A DNA stretch of 64,000 nt from Blastocladiella emersonii ATCC 22665 (Eukaryota > Fungi > Blastocladiomycota), in contig JANHCV010000013.1 in assembly GCA_025594325.1 (NCBI GenBank), forward strand, positions 124,001-188,000. Reading direction: 5' to 3'. Positions 39,101-54,100 of the stretch are shown here, piece by piece. The notes under the pieces are model-generated. The model made no database searches. It saw nothing but the letters and a program-made list of their open reading frames with translations, and had not been told where the DNA came from. The first letter of the stretch is position 1, and the number at the start of each line of letters is the position of its first letter. The position numbers were made by a program, and so were the translations under genes.

Positions 39101-42100
39101 GGGTCCCCTCTCCTTCCTGTCTCGCCTAGGTGGGTGGGCGGACGTAGCGCGCATGCGGGCGGGCAAGGTAGGAACGTTGTTCAAGCAATGGATCATGTAC
39201 TTTATGGCATGTGATCTGCAAGACAGGGAGGGGGAGCGACTGTGTCTAATTTTGACCGAGGGACCTTGCTGCAGCCAACGTCTGGCCCAATCCGACCCTC
39301 CACAAATCGCAACATGCACGAAACAAATTAGCTGACGTTTGGGATGTACCAAACCAGCCACGTAGATAACTTTCATGGTACTCAAACAAGACCATACTCA
39401 AATCTTTGACTTCCTGCATGTCCAGCTAGCCAGGCTTCTGTAAATCACATTGATGACGCAACAAAATATCTGGCCATAAGAATATTGTAAACCAGCCACT
39501 CTGGCAATTGTCATGGCACTCAAACAAAACCATATTCAAATCTTCGACTTCCCGCATGCCCATGTGGGCAAGGACCTATAAATCACAGTATCGAACCAAC
39601 AAAATATCTGACCATAGAAACATAGTATACCAGCCACGAGGACAATTGTCATGGTACTCAAACAAAACCATATTCAAATCTTTGACTATTCACATGTCTA
39701 GCTGGTTGGCGACCCATAAATCGTAACATTGGAGCAACAAAATATCTGACCACGGAAATACAGTAAACAAGCCCCGGAGATAATTGTCATGGTTCTCAAA
39801 CAAAACCATATTCAGATCTTTGAATACCCCATGTCCAGGTGGTTGGGGGCCCAGAAATCGTAACATCGAACCAACAAAATATTTGACCATAGAAATATAC
39901 TAAACCAGCCACGTACGTAATTGTCGCGTTACTTAAACAAAACCATACTCAAAACTTTGACTTCCCGCATGTTCACCTAGCCAGGTACCCATAAATCACA
40001 GTATCGAGCCAACAAAAGATCTGACAATGGAAATATAGTAAACCGGCCGCGGAGAGAATTCTCATGGTACTCAAATGAAACCATACTCAAATCTATGACT
40101 TCCCACATGTCCAGCTGGTTGAGGACCCATAAATCGTAACGTCAAAGCAACAATGTATCTGACCATGGGAATATAGTAAACGAGCCCCGGAGATAATTGT
40201 CATGGTACGCAAACAAAACCATACTCAAGTCTATGCCTTCCCACATGTCCAGCTGGTTGGGGATCCATAAATCCCAGTATCGAACCAACAAGATATCTGA
40301 CCATTGGACTATATGTAACCGATCCCGTAGGTAATTGTCATGATACCCAAACAAAACCATATTCAAATCTTTCACATCCCGCATGTCCAGCTAGCCAGGG
40401 ACCCATAAATCACAGTATCCAACCAACAAAGTATCTGACCAAAGAAAGATCATAAACCAGCCACGCAGATAATTGTCATGGTATTCAAACAAAACCATAC
40501 TCAAATCTTCGAATACCCGATGTCCAGGTGGGCAAGGGCCTATACATCACAGTGTTGAACCAACAAAGTATCTGACGATCGGGATGTATCAAACCGGCCA
40601 TGCTGATAATTGTCATGGTACTCAAACATAATCATAGTCGAGTCTTCGAATATCCTCACGTCCACGTGGGCAAGGACCCAAAGCGCCAGGTATCCAAATC
40701 TACCCCGTTGTGCACACTCTCCATTATCCAAGTCTGTCATCCTACAATTTTGGAACCCGTCGGCAAAGCTCACGGTCCAATCAACGAACAACAGCCAACC
40801 TGCCAACCTGGCTACCTACCTGCCTACCTGCCTAGCTGGCTATCTGCCTACCTGCAAACCTGCCAACCTGCCCTACCTGCTAACCAAACACACACACCGC
40901 CTCGCAAGTCCTTGTGGGCCCGCGCTCTCTGGTTGCCGTCCCAGCCAACAAAGGAATGAATGATGAGCCCTGGCAGCCTGGCAGCCTGCCACACTGACAG
41001 CCTGGCAGCCTGCCACACTGACAGCCTGACAGCGCCCACCCAGTAGTTATTAGCTACCTCGTATGTCATCTGAGAGGGGTTCAGCAGTCAATATACGACT
41101 GGTCTCCTCCTGGCTGGCAGCTCTGCTGTCCACTCCAAGTCCTGCATGATGATGGGCCAAGGAGCGTTACGAGCAGCTCCTCTGTCTATCCGCGTGAAAC
41201 CACTCACCCGCTGACGGATGTACACCACGCACCGTGCAGCGCGCACAGCGCACAGCGCCCAACGCACCACGCGCTGCGCACACGGCGCAAACGGCCACCC
41301 TGGTGACACGCACACTCGCATGAACGGCAGGCATGCAAGGCGTCCTGAACTCAACGATGATATATCGTCTAGGTCTGCTCGCTCCAACGGGTGCGCCTGC
41401 CTGCCCTCCCTGTGCCATGGATTGATTGATTCATGTCCAGTGCTGCCCCCATGCTTGCTTTCATGGCCGCGGGGTCCGTCAGGACGCCTTGCAATGGGTG
41501 CGCCAACCCCTGTTGCCAGCCATGTGGCAAGAAACACCACAGCACCTGCGTCGCCCTGGCCACCGTACCTTGCAAACAGCGTAGCAGCCGTACTGCTTCA
41601 GAGGGCTGCAGAGGGCTGGCTGCGGAGGGCTGAGGCGGCAGGGCTCCTCCTGCAGGAGACAGTACTGGGGCCAAGGAGTTAGTGCTAGGGACTACTAACT
41701 GAATGGTGAATGACCCACACACCACATGCTCCTGGCAGGAGTGCGTGTGGGCGCGTGGGCCCGTGTCCGTGCGTGCCTGGATTAGTCCTCCATCACAAGT
41801 GACCAAGGTGACCAAGGTGACCAAGGTGACCAAGGTGACCAAGGTGACATGCAAGCACCAAGTTAGAGCGGCGGGGCAGCCATGGAAAGAAGGGCACAGG
41901 TACAAACTACCGTACCCTGGCCGCGGCCACTTGTCGCAGAACAGCCCTGCATGGCTCAGGACGCGGCGGGCGTTGGAGACAGGGTAGGTAGGTAGGTAGC
42001 AGCAGCAGCAGCAAGGAGCAGGACCTGGCTGGCAAACAACACAAGTGAAGGCGTGCGTGATGGAGTGAGAGAGTGTTGAATGAATGGATGGGTGGATGCG

Positions 42101-45100
42101 ATGCAGACCAGCATACGTGTCGTGCGTCGTCCGGATTGGTCGGCGACCACCCGCCAATCCTGCGGCATGGCTGTGGGGGCGGCAGTGGTGGTAGTGGAGC
42201 TAGAGTGGTGTCGTGGGGCTGGTGGGGTCCCCTCTCCTTCCTGTCTCGCCTAGGTGGGTGGGCGGACGTAGCGCGCATGCGGGCGGGCAAGGTAGGAACG
42301 TTGTTCAAGCAATGGATCATGTACTTTATGGCATGTGATCTGCAAGACAGGGAGGGGGAGCGACTGTGTCTAATTTTGACCGAGGGACCTTGCTGCAGCC
42401 AACGTCTGGCCCAATCCGACCCTCCACAAATCGCAACATGCACGAAACAAATTAGCTGACGTTTGGGATGTACCAAACCAGCCACGTAGATAACTTTCAT
42501 GGTACTCAAACAAGACCATACTCAAATCTTTGACTTCCTGCATGTCCAGCTAGCCAGGCTTCTGTAAATCACATTGATGACGCAACAAAATATCTGGCCA
42601 TAAGAATATTGTAAACCAGCCACTCTGGCAATTGTCATGGCACTCAAACAAAACCATATTCAAATCTTCGACTTCCCGCATGCCCATGTGGGCAAGGACC
42701 TATAAATCACAGTATCGAACCAACAAAATATCTGACCATAGAAACATAGTATACCAGCCACGAGGACAATTGTCATGGTACTCAAACAAAACCATATTCA
42801 AATCTTTGACTATTCACATGTCTAGCTGGTTGGCGACCCATAAATCGTAACATTGGAGCAACAAAATATCTGACCACGGAAATACAGTAAACAAGCCCCG
42901 GAGATAATTGTCATGGTTCTCAAACAAAACCATATTCAGATCTTTGAATACCCCATGTCCAGGTGGTTGGGGGCCCAGAAATCGTAACATCGAACCAACA
43001 AAATATTTGACCATAGAAATATACTAAACCAGCCACGTACGTAATTGTCGCGTTACTTAAACAAAACCATACTCAAAACTTTGACTTCCCGCATGTTCAC
43101 CTAGCCAGGTACCCATAAATCACAGTATCGAGCCAACAAAAGATCTGACAATGGAAATATAGTAAACCGGCCGCGGAGAGAATTCTCATGGTACTCAAAT
43201 GAAACCATACTCAAATCTATGACTTCCCACATGTCCAGCTGGTTGAGGACCCATAAATCGTAACGTCAAAGCAACAATGTATCTGACCATGGGAATATAG
43301 TAAACGAGCCCCGGAGATAATTGTCATGGTACGCAAACAAAACCATACTCAAGTCTATGCCTTCCCACATGTCCAGCTGGTTGGGGATCCATAAATCCCA
43401 GTATCGAACCAACAAGATATCTGACCATTGGACTATATGTAACCGATCCCGTAGGTAATTGTCATGATACCCAAACAAAACCATATTCAAATCTTTCACA
43501 TCCCGCATGTCCAGCTAGCCAGGGACCCATAAATCACAGTATCCAACCAACAAAGTATCTGACCAAAGAAAGATCATAAACCAGCCACGCAGATAATTGT
43601 CATGGTATTCAAACAAAACCATACTCAAATCTTCGAATACCCGATGTCCAGGTGGGCAAGGGCCTATACATCACAGTGTTGAACCAACAAAGTATCTGAC
43701 GATCGGGATGTATCAAACCGGCCATGCTGATAATTGTCATGGTACTCAAACATAATCATAGTCGAGTCTTCGAATATCCTCACGTCCACGTGGGCAAGGA
43801 CCCAAAGCGCCAGGTATCCAAATCTACCCCGTTGTGCACACTCTCCATTATCCAAGTCTGTCATCCTACAATTTTGGAACCCGTCGGCAAAGCTCACGGT
43901 CCAATCAACGAACAACAGCCAACCTGCCAACCTGGCTACCTACCTGCCTACCTGCCTAGCTGGCTATCTGCCTACCTGCAAACCTGCCAACCTGCCCTAC
44001 CTGCTAACCAAACACACACACCGCCTCGCAAGTCCTTGTGGGCCCGCGCTCTCTGGTTGCCGTCCCAGCCAACAAAGGAATGAATGATGAGCCCTGGCAG
44101 CCTGGCAGCCTGCCACACTGACAGCCTGGCAGCCTGCCACACTGACAGCCTGACAGCGCCCACCCAGTAGTTATTAGCTACCTCGTATGTCATCTGAGAG
44201 GGGTTCAGCAGTCAATATACGACTGGTCTCCTCCTGGCTGGCAGCTCTGCTGTCCACTCCAAGTCCTGCATGATGATGGGCCAAGGAGCGTTACGAGCAG
44301 CTCCTCTGTCTATCCGCGTGAAACCACTCACCCGCTGACGGATGTACACCACGCACCGTGCAGCGCGCACAGCGCACAGCGCCCAACGCACCACGCGCTG
44401 CGCACACGGCGCAAACGGCCACCCTGGTGACACGCACACTCGCATGAACGGCAGGCATGCAAGGCGTCCTGAACTCAACGATGATATATCGTCTAGGTCT
44501 GCTCGCTCCAACGGGTGCGCCTGCCTGCCCTCCCTGTGCCATGGATTGATTGATTCATGTCCAGTGCTGCCCCCATGCTTGCTTTCATGGCCGCGGGGTC
44601 CGTCAGGACGCCTTGCAATGGGTGCGCCAACCCCTGTTGCCAGCCATGTGGCAAGAAACACCACAGCACCTGCGTCGCCCTGGCCACCGTACCTTGCAAA
44701 CAGCGTAGCAGCCGTACTGCTTCAGAGGGCTGCAGAGGGCTGGCTGCGGAGGGCTGAGGCGGCAGGGCTCCTCCTGCAGGAGACAGTACTGGGGCCAAGG
44801 AGTTAGTGCTAGGGACTACTAACTGAATGGTGAATGACCCACACACCACATGCTCCTGGCAGGAGTGCGTGTGGGCGCGTGGGCCCGTGTCCGTGCGTGC
44901 CTGGATTAGTCCTCCATCACAAGTGACCAAGGTGACCAAGGTGACCAAGGTGACCAAGGTGACCAAGGTGACATGCAAGCACCAAGTTAGAGCGGCGGGG
45001 CAGCCATGGAAAGAAGGGCACAGGTACAAACTACCGTACCCTGGCCGCGGCCACTTGTCGCAGAACAGCCCTGCATGGCTCAGGACGCGGCGGGCGTTGG

Positions 45101-48100
45101 AGACAGGGTAGGTAGGTAGGTAGCAGCAGCAGCAGCAAGGAGCAGGACCTGGCTGGCAAACAACACAAGTGAAGGCGTGCGTGATGGAGTGAGAGAGTGT
45201 TGAATGAATGGATGGGTGGATGCGATGCAGACCAGCATACGTGTCGTGCGTCGTCCGGATTGGTCGGCGACCACCCGCCAATCCTGCGGCATGGCTGTGG
45301 GGGCGGCAGTGGTGGTAGTGGAGCTAGAGTGGTGTCGTGGGGCTGGTGGGGTCCCCTCTCCTTCCTGTCTCGCCTAGGTGGGTGGGCGGACGTAGCGCGC
45401 ATGCGGGCGGGCAAGGTAGGAACGTTGTTCAAGCAATGGATCATGTACTTTATGGCATGTGATCTGCAAGACAGGGAGGGGGAGCGACTGTGTCTAATTT
45501 TGACCGAGGGACCTTGCTGCAGCCAACGTCTGGCCCAATCCGACCCTCCACAAATCGCAACATGCACGAAACAAATTAGCTGACGTTTGGGATGTACCAA
45601 ACCAGCCACGTAGATAACTTTCATGGTACTCAAACAAGACCATACTCAAATCTTTGACTTCCTGCATGTCCAGCTAGCCAGGCTTCTGTAAATCACATTG
45701 ATGACGCAACAAAATATCTGGCCATAAGAATATTGTAAACCAGCCACTCTGGCAATTGTCATGGCACTCAAACAAAACCATATTCAAATCTTCGACTTCC
45801 CGCATGCCCATGTGGGCAAGGACCTATAAATCACAGTATCGAACCAACAAAATATCTGACCATAGAAACATAGTATACCAGCCACGAGGACAATTGTCAT
45901 GGTACTCAAACAAAACCATATTCAAATCTTTGACTATTCACATGTCTAGCTGGTTGGCGACCCATAAATCGTAACATTGGAGCAACAAAATATCTGACCA
46001 CGGAAATACAGTAAACAAGCCCCGGAGATAATTGTCATGGTTCTCAAACAAAACCATATTCAGATCTTTGAATACCCCATGTCCAGGTGGTTGGGGGCCC
46101 AGAAATCGTAACATCGAACCAACAAAATATTTGACCATAGAAATATACTAAACCAGCCACGTACGTAATTGTCGCGTTACTTAAACAAAACCATACTCAA
46201 AACTTTGACTTCCCGCATGTTCACCTAGCCAGGTACCCATAAATCACAGTATCGAGCCAACAAAAGATCTGACAATGGAAATATAGTAAACCGGCCGCGG
46301 AGAGAATTCTCATGGTACTCAAATGAAACCATACTCAAATCTATGACTTCCCACATGTCCAGCTGGTTGAGGACCCATAAATCGTAACGTCAAAGCAACA
46401 ATGTATCTGACCATGGGAATATAGTAAACGAGCCCCGGAGATAATTGTCATGGTACGCAAACAAAACCATACTCAAGTCTATGCCTTCCCACATGTCCAG
46501 CTGGTTGGGGATCCATAAATCCCAGTATCGAACCAACAAGATATCTGACCATTGGACTATATGTAACCGATCCCGTAGGTAATTGTCATGATACCCAAAC
46601 AAAACCATATTCAAATCTTTCACATCCCGCATGTCCAGCTAGCCAGGGACCCATAAATCACAGTATCCAACCAACAAAGTATCTGACCAAAGAAAGATCA
46701 TAAACCAGCCACGCAGATAATTGTCATGGTATTCAAACAAAACCATACTCAAATCTTCGAATACCCGATGTCCAGGTGGGCAAGGGCCTATACATCACAG
46801 TGTTGAACCAACAAAGTATCTGACGATCGGGATGTATCAAACCGGCCATGCTGATAATTGTCATGGTACTCAAACATAATCATAGTCGAGTCTTCGAATA
46901 TCCTCACGTCCACGTGGGCAAGGACCCAAAGCGCCAGGTATCCAAATCTACCCCGTTGTGCACACTCTCCATTATCCAAGTCTGTCATCCTACAATTTTG
47001 GAACCCGTCGGCAAAGCTCACGGTCCAATCAACGAACAACAGCCAACCTGCCAACCTGGCTACCTACCTGCCTACCTGCCTAGCTGGCTATCTGCCTACC
47101 TGCAAACCTGCCAACCTGCCCTACCTGCTAACCAAACACACACACCGCCTCGCAAGTCCTTGTGGGCCCGCGCTCTCTGGTTGCCGTCCCAGCCAACAAA
47201 GGAATGAATGATGAGCCCTGGCAGCCTGGCAGCCTGCCACACTGACAGCCTGGCAGCCTGCCACACTGACAGCCTGACAGCGCCCACCCAGTAGTTATTA
47301 GCTACCTCGTATGTCATCTGAGAGGGGTTCAGCAGTCAATATACGACTGGTCTCCTCCTGGCTGGCAGCTCTGCTGTCCACTCCAAGTCCTGCATGATGA
47401 TGGGCCAAGGAGCGTTACGAGCAGCTCCTCTGTCTATCCGCGTGAAACCACTCACCCGCTGACGGATGTACACCACGCACCGTGCAGCGCGCACAGCGCA
47501 CAGCGCCCAACGCACCACGCGCTGCGCACACGGCGCAAACGGCCACCCTGGTGACACGCACACTCGCATGAACGGCAGGCATGCAAGGCGTCCTGAACTC
47601 AACGATGATATATCGTCTAGGTCTGCTCGCTCCAACGGGTGCGCCTGCCTGCCCTCCCTGTGCCATGGATTGATTGATTCATGTCCAGTGCTGCCCCCAT
47701 GCTTGCTTTCATGGCCGCGGGGTCCGTCAGGACGCCTTGCAATGGGTGCGCCAACCCCTGTTGCCAGCCATGTGGCAAGAAACACCACAGCACCTGCGTC
47801 GCCCTGGCCACCGTACCTTGCAAACAGCGTAGCAGCCGTACTGCTTCAGAGGGCTGCAGAGGGCTGGCTGCGGAGGGCTGAGGCGGCAGGGCTCCTCCTG
47901 CAGGAGACAGTACTGGGGCCAAGGAGTTAGTGCTAGGGACTACTAACTGAATGGTGAATGACCCACACACCACATGCTCCTGGCAGGAGTGCGTGTGGGC
48001 GCGTGGGCCCGTGTCCGTGCGTGCCTGGATTAGTCCTCCATCACAAGTGACCAAGGTGACCAAGGTGACCAAGGTGACCAAGGTGACCAAGGTGACATGC

Positions 48101-51100
48101 AAGCACCAAGTTAGAGCGGCGGGGCAGCCATGGAAAGAAGGGCACAGGTACAAACTACCGTACCCTGGCCGCGGCCACTTGTCGCAGAACAGCCCTGCAT
48201 GGCTCAGGACGCGGCGGGCGTTGGAGACAGGGTAGGTAGGTAGGTAGCAGCAGCAGCAGCAAGGAGCAGGACCTGGCTGGCAAACAACACAAGTGAAGGC
48301 GTGCGTGATGGAGTGAGAGAGTGTTGAATGAATGGATGGGTGGATGCGATGCAGACCAGCATACGTGTCGTGCGTCGTCCGGATTGGTCGGCGACCACCC
48401 GCCAATCCTGCGGCATGGCTGTGGGGGCGGCAGTGGTGGTAGTGGAGCTAGAGTGGTGTCGTGGGGCTGGTGGGGTCCCCTCTCCTTCCTGTCTCGCCTA
48501 GGTGGGTGGGCGGACGTAGCGCGCATGCGGGCGGGCAAGGTAGGAACGTTGTTCAAGCAATGGATCATGTACTTTATGGCATGTGATCTGCAAGACAGGG
48601 AGGGGGAGCGACTGTGTCTAATTTTGACCGAGGGACCTTGCTGCAGCCAACGTCTGGCCCAATCCGACCCTCCACAAATCGCAACATGCACGAAACAAAT
48701 TAGCTGACGTTTGGGATGTACCAAACCAGCCACGTAGATAACTTTCATGGTACTCAAACAAGACCATACTCAAATCTTTGACTTCCTGCATGTCCAGCTA
48801 GCCAGGCTTCTGTAAATCACATTGATGACGCAACAAAATATCTGGCCATAAGAATATTGTAAACCAGCCACTCTGGCAATTGTCATGGCACTCAAACAAA
48901 ACCATATTCAAATCTTCGACTTCCCGCATGCCCATGTGGGCAAGGACCTATAAATCACAGTATCGAACCAACAAAATATCTGACCATAGAAACATAGTAT
49001 ACCAGCCACGAGGACAATTGTCATGGTACTCAAACAAAACCATATTCAAATCTTTGACTATTCACATGTCTAGCTGGTTGGCGACCCATAAATCGTAACA
49101 TTGGAGCAACAAAATATCTGACCACGGAAATACAGTAAACAAGCCCCGGAGATAATTGTCATGGTTCTCAAACAAAACCATATTCAGATCTTTGAATACC
49201 CCATGTCCAGGTGGTTGGGGGCCCAGAAATCGTAACATCGAACCAACAAAATATTTGACCATAGAAATATACTAAACCAGCCACGTACGTAATTGTCGCG
49301 TTACTTAAACAAAACCATACTCAAAACTTTGACTTCCCGCATGTTCACCTAGCCAGGTACCCATAAATCACAGTATCGAGCCAACAAAAGATCTGACAAT
49401 GGAAATATAGTAAACCGGCCGCGGAGAGAATTCTCATGGTACTCAAATGAAACCATACTCAAATCTATGACTTCCCACATGTCCAGCTGGTTGAGGACCC
49501 ATAAATCGTAACGTCAAAGCAACAATGTATCTGACCATGGGAATATAGTAAACGAGCCCCGGAGATAATTGTCATGGTACGCAAACAAAACCATACTCAA
49601 GTCTATGCCTTCCCACATGTCCAGCTGGTTGGGGATCCATAAATCCCAGTATCGAACCAACAAGATATCTGACCATTGGACTATATGTAACCGATCCCGT
49701 AGGTAATTGTCATGATACCCAAACAAAACCATATTCAAATCTTTCACATCCCGCATGTCCAGCTAGCCAGGGACCCATAAATCACAGTATCCAACCAACA
49801 AAGTATCTGACCAAAGAAAGATCATAAACCAGCCACGCAGATAATTGTCATGGTATTCAAACAAAACCATACTCAAATCTTCGAATACCCGATGTCCAGG
49901 TGGGCAAGGGCCTATACATCACAGTGTTGAACCAACAAAGTATCTGACGATCGGGATGTATCAAACCGGCCATGCTGATAATTGTCATGGTACTCAAACA
50001 TAATCATAGTCGAGTCTTCGAATATCCTCACGTCCACGTGGGCAAGGACCCAAAGCGCCAGGTATCCAAATCTACCCCGTTGTGCACACTCTCCATTATC
50101 CAAGTCTGTCATCCTACAATTTTGGAACCCGTCGGCAAAGCTCACGGTCCAATCAACGAACAACAGCCAACCTGCCAACCTGGCTACCTACCTGCCTACC
50201 TGCCTAGCTGGCTATCTGCCTACCTGCAAACCTGCCAACCTGCCCTACCTGCTAACCAAACACACACACCGCCTCGCAAGTCCTTGTGGGCCCGCGCTCT
50301 CTGGTTGCCGTCCCAGCCAACAAAGGAATGAATGATGAGCCCTGGCAGCCTGGCAGCCTGCCACACTGACAGCCTGGCAGCCTGCCACACTGACAGCCTG
50401 ACAGCGCCCACCCAGTAGTTATTAGCTACCTCGTATGTCATCTGAGAGGGGTTCAGCAGTCAATATACGACTGGTCTCCTCCTGGCTGGCAGCTCTGCTG
50501 TCCACTCCAAGTCCTGCATGATGATGGGCCAAGGAGCGTTACGAGCAGCTCCTCTGTCTATCCGCGTGAAACCACTCACCCGCTGACGGATGTACACCAC
50601 GCACCGTGCAGCGCGCACAGCGCACAGCGCCCAACGCACCACGCGCTGCGCACACGGCGCAAACGGCCACCCTGGTGACACGCACACTCGCATGAACGGC
50701 AGGCATGCAAGGCGTCCTGAACTCAACGATGATATATCGTCTAGGTCTGCTCGCTCCAACGGGTGCGCCTGCCTGCCCTCCCTGTGCCATGGATTGATTG
50801 ATTCATGTCCAGTGCTGCCCCCATGCTTGCTTTCATGGCCGCGGGGTCCGTCAGGACGCCTTGCAATGGGTGCGCCAACCCCTGTTGCCAGCCATGTGGC
50901 AAGAAACACCACAGCACCTGCGTCGCCCTGGCCACCGTACCTTGCAAACAGCGTAGCAGCCGTACTGCTTCAGAGGGCTGCAGAGGGCTGGCTGCGGAGG
51001 GCTGAGGCGGCAGGGCTCCTCCTGCAGGAGACAGTACTGGGGCCAAGGAGTTAGTGCTAGGGACTACTAACTGAATGGTGAATGACCCACACACCACATG

Positions 51101-54100
51101 CTCCTGGCAGGAGTGCGTGTGGGCGCGTGGGCCCGTGTCCGTGCGTGCCTGGATTAGTCCTCCATCACAAGTGACCAAGGTGACCAAGGTGACCAAGGTG
51201 ACCAAGGTGACCAAGGTGACATGCAAGCACCAAGTTAGAGCGGCGGGGCAGCCATGGAAAGAAGGGCACAGGTACAAACTACCGTACCCTGGCCGCGGCC
51301 ACTTGTCGCAGAACAGCCCTGCATGGCTCAGGACGCGGCGGGCGTTGGAGACAGGGTAGGTAGGTAGGTAGCAGCAGCAGCAGCAAGGAGCAGGACCTGG
51401 CTGGCAAACAACACAAGTGAAGGCGTGCGTGATGGAGTGAGAGAGTGTTGAATGAATGGATGGGTGGATGCGATGCAGACCAGCATACGTGTCGTGCGTC
51501 GTCCGGATTGGTCGGCGACCACCCGCCAATCCTGCGGCATGGCTGTGGGGGCGGCAGTGGTGGTAGTGGAGCTAGAGTGGTGTCGTGGGGCTGGTGGGGT
51601 CCCCTCTCCTTCCTGTCTCGCCTAGGTGGGTGGGCGGACGTAGCGCGCATGCGGGCGGGCAAGGTAGGAACGTTGTTCAAGCAATGGATCATGTACTTTA
51701 TGGCATGTGATCTGCAAGACAGGGAGGGGGAGCGACTGTGTCTAATTTTGACCGAGGGACCTTGCTGCAGCCAACGTCTGGCCCAATCCGACCCTCCACA
51801 AATCGCAACATGCACGAAACAAATTAGCTGACGTTTGGGATGTACCAAACCAGCCACGTAGATAACTTTCATGGTACTCAAACAAGACCATACTCAAATC
51901 TTTGACTTCCTGCATGTCCAGCTAGCCAGGCTTCTGTAAATCACATTGATGACGCAACAAAATATCTGGCCATAAGAATATTGTAAACCAGCCACTCTGG
52001 CAATTGTCATGGCACTCAAACAAAACCATATTCAAATCTTCGACTTCCCGCATGCCCATGTGGGCAAGGACCTATAAATCACAGTATCGAACCAACAAAA
52101 TATCTGACCATAGAAACATAGTATACCAGCCACGAGGACAATTGTCATGGTACTCAAACAAAACCATATTCAAATCTTTGACTATTCACATGTCTAGCTG
52201 GTTGGCGACCCATAAATCGTAACATTGGAGCAACAAAATATCTGACCACGGAAATACAGTAAACAAGCCCCGGAGATAATTGTCATGGTTCTCAAACAAA
52301 ACCATATTCAGATCTTTGAATACCCCATGTCCAGGTGGTTGGGGGCCCAGAAATCGTAACATCGAACCAACAAAATATTTGACCATAGAAATATACTAAA
52401 CCAGCCACGTACGTAATTGTCGCGTTACTTAAACAAAACCATACTCAAAACTTTGACTTCCCGCATGTTCACCTAGCCAGGTACCCATAAATCACAGTAT
52501 CGAGCCAACAAAAGATCTGACAATGGAAATATAGTAAACCGGCCGCGGAGAGAATTCTCATGGTACTCAAATGAAACCATACTCAAATCTATGACTTCCC
52601 ACATGTCCAGCTGGTTGAGGACCCATAAATCGTAACGTCAAAGCAACAATGTATCTGACCATGGGAATATAGTAAACGAGCCCCGGAGATAATTGTCATG
52701 GTACGCAAACAAAACCATACTCAAGTCTATGCCTTCCCACATGTCCAGCTGGTTGGGGATCCATAAATCCCAGTATCGAACCAACAAGATATCTGACCAT
52801 TGGACTATATGTAACCGATCCCGTAGGTAATTGTCATGATACCCAAACAAAACCATATTCAAATCTTTCACATCCCGCATGTCCAGCTAGCCAGGGACCC
52901 ATAAATCACAGTATCCAACCAACAAAGTATCTGACCAAAGAAAGATCATAAACCAGCCACGCAGATAATTGTCATGGTATTCAAACAAAACCATACTCAA
53001 ATCTTCGAATACCCGATGTCCAGGTGGGCAAGGGCCTATACATCACAGTGTTGAACCAACAAAGTATCTGACGATCGGGATGTATCAAACCGGCCATGCT
53101 GATAATTGTCATGGTACTCAAACATAATCATAGTCGAGTCTTCGAATATCCTCACGTCCACGTGGGCAAGGACCCAAAGCGCCAGGTATCCAAATCTACC
53201 CCGTTGTGCACACTCTCCATTATCCAAGTCTGTCATCCTACAATTTTGGAACCCGTCGGCAAAGCTCACGGTCCAATCAACGAACAACAGCCAACCTGCC
53301 AACCTGGCTACCTACCTGCCTACCTGCCTAGCTGGCTATCTGCCTACCTGCAAACCTGCCAACCTGCCCTACCTGCTAACCAAACACACACACCGCCTCG
53401 CAAGTCCTTGTGGGCCCGCGCTCTCTGGTTGCCGTCCCAGCCAACAAAGGAATGAATGATGAGCCCTGGCAGCCTGGCAGCCTGCCACACTGACAGCCTG
53501 GCAGCCTGCCACACTGACAGCCTGACAGCGCCCACCCAGTAGTTATTAGCTACCTCGTATGTCGTCTGAGAGGGGTTCAGCAGTCAATATACGACTGGTC
53601 TCCTCCTGGCTGGCAGCTCTGCTGTCCACTCCAAGTCCTGCATGATGATGGGCCAAGGAGCGTTACGAGCAGCTCCTCTGTCTATCCGCGTGAAACCACT
53701 CACCCGCTGACGGATGTACACCACGCACCGTGCAGCGCGCACAGCGCACAGCGCCCAACGCACCACGCGCTGCGCACACGGCGCAAACGGCCACCCTGGT
53801 GACACGCACACTCGCATGAACGGCAGGCATGCAAGGCGTCCTGAACTCAACGATGATATATCGTCTAGGTCTGCTCGCTCCAACGGGTGCGCCTGCCTGC
53901 CCTCCCTGTGCCATGGATTGATTGATTCATGTCCAGTGCTGCCCCCATGCTTGCTTTCATGGCCGCGGGGTCCGTCAGGACGCCTTGCAATGGGTGCGCC
54001 AACCCCTGTTGCCAGCCATGTGGCAAGAAACACCACAGCACCTGCGTCGCCCTGGCCACCGTACCTTGCAAACAGCGTAGCAGCCGTACTGCTTCAGAGG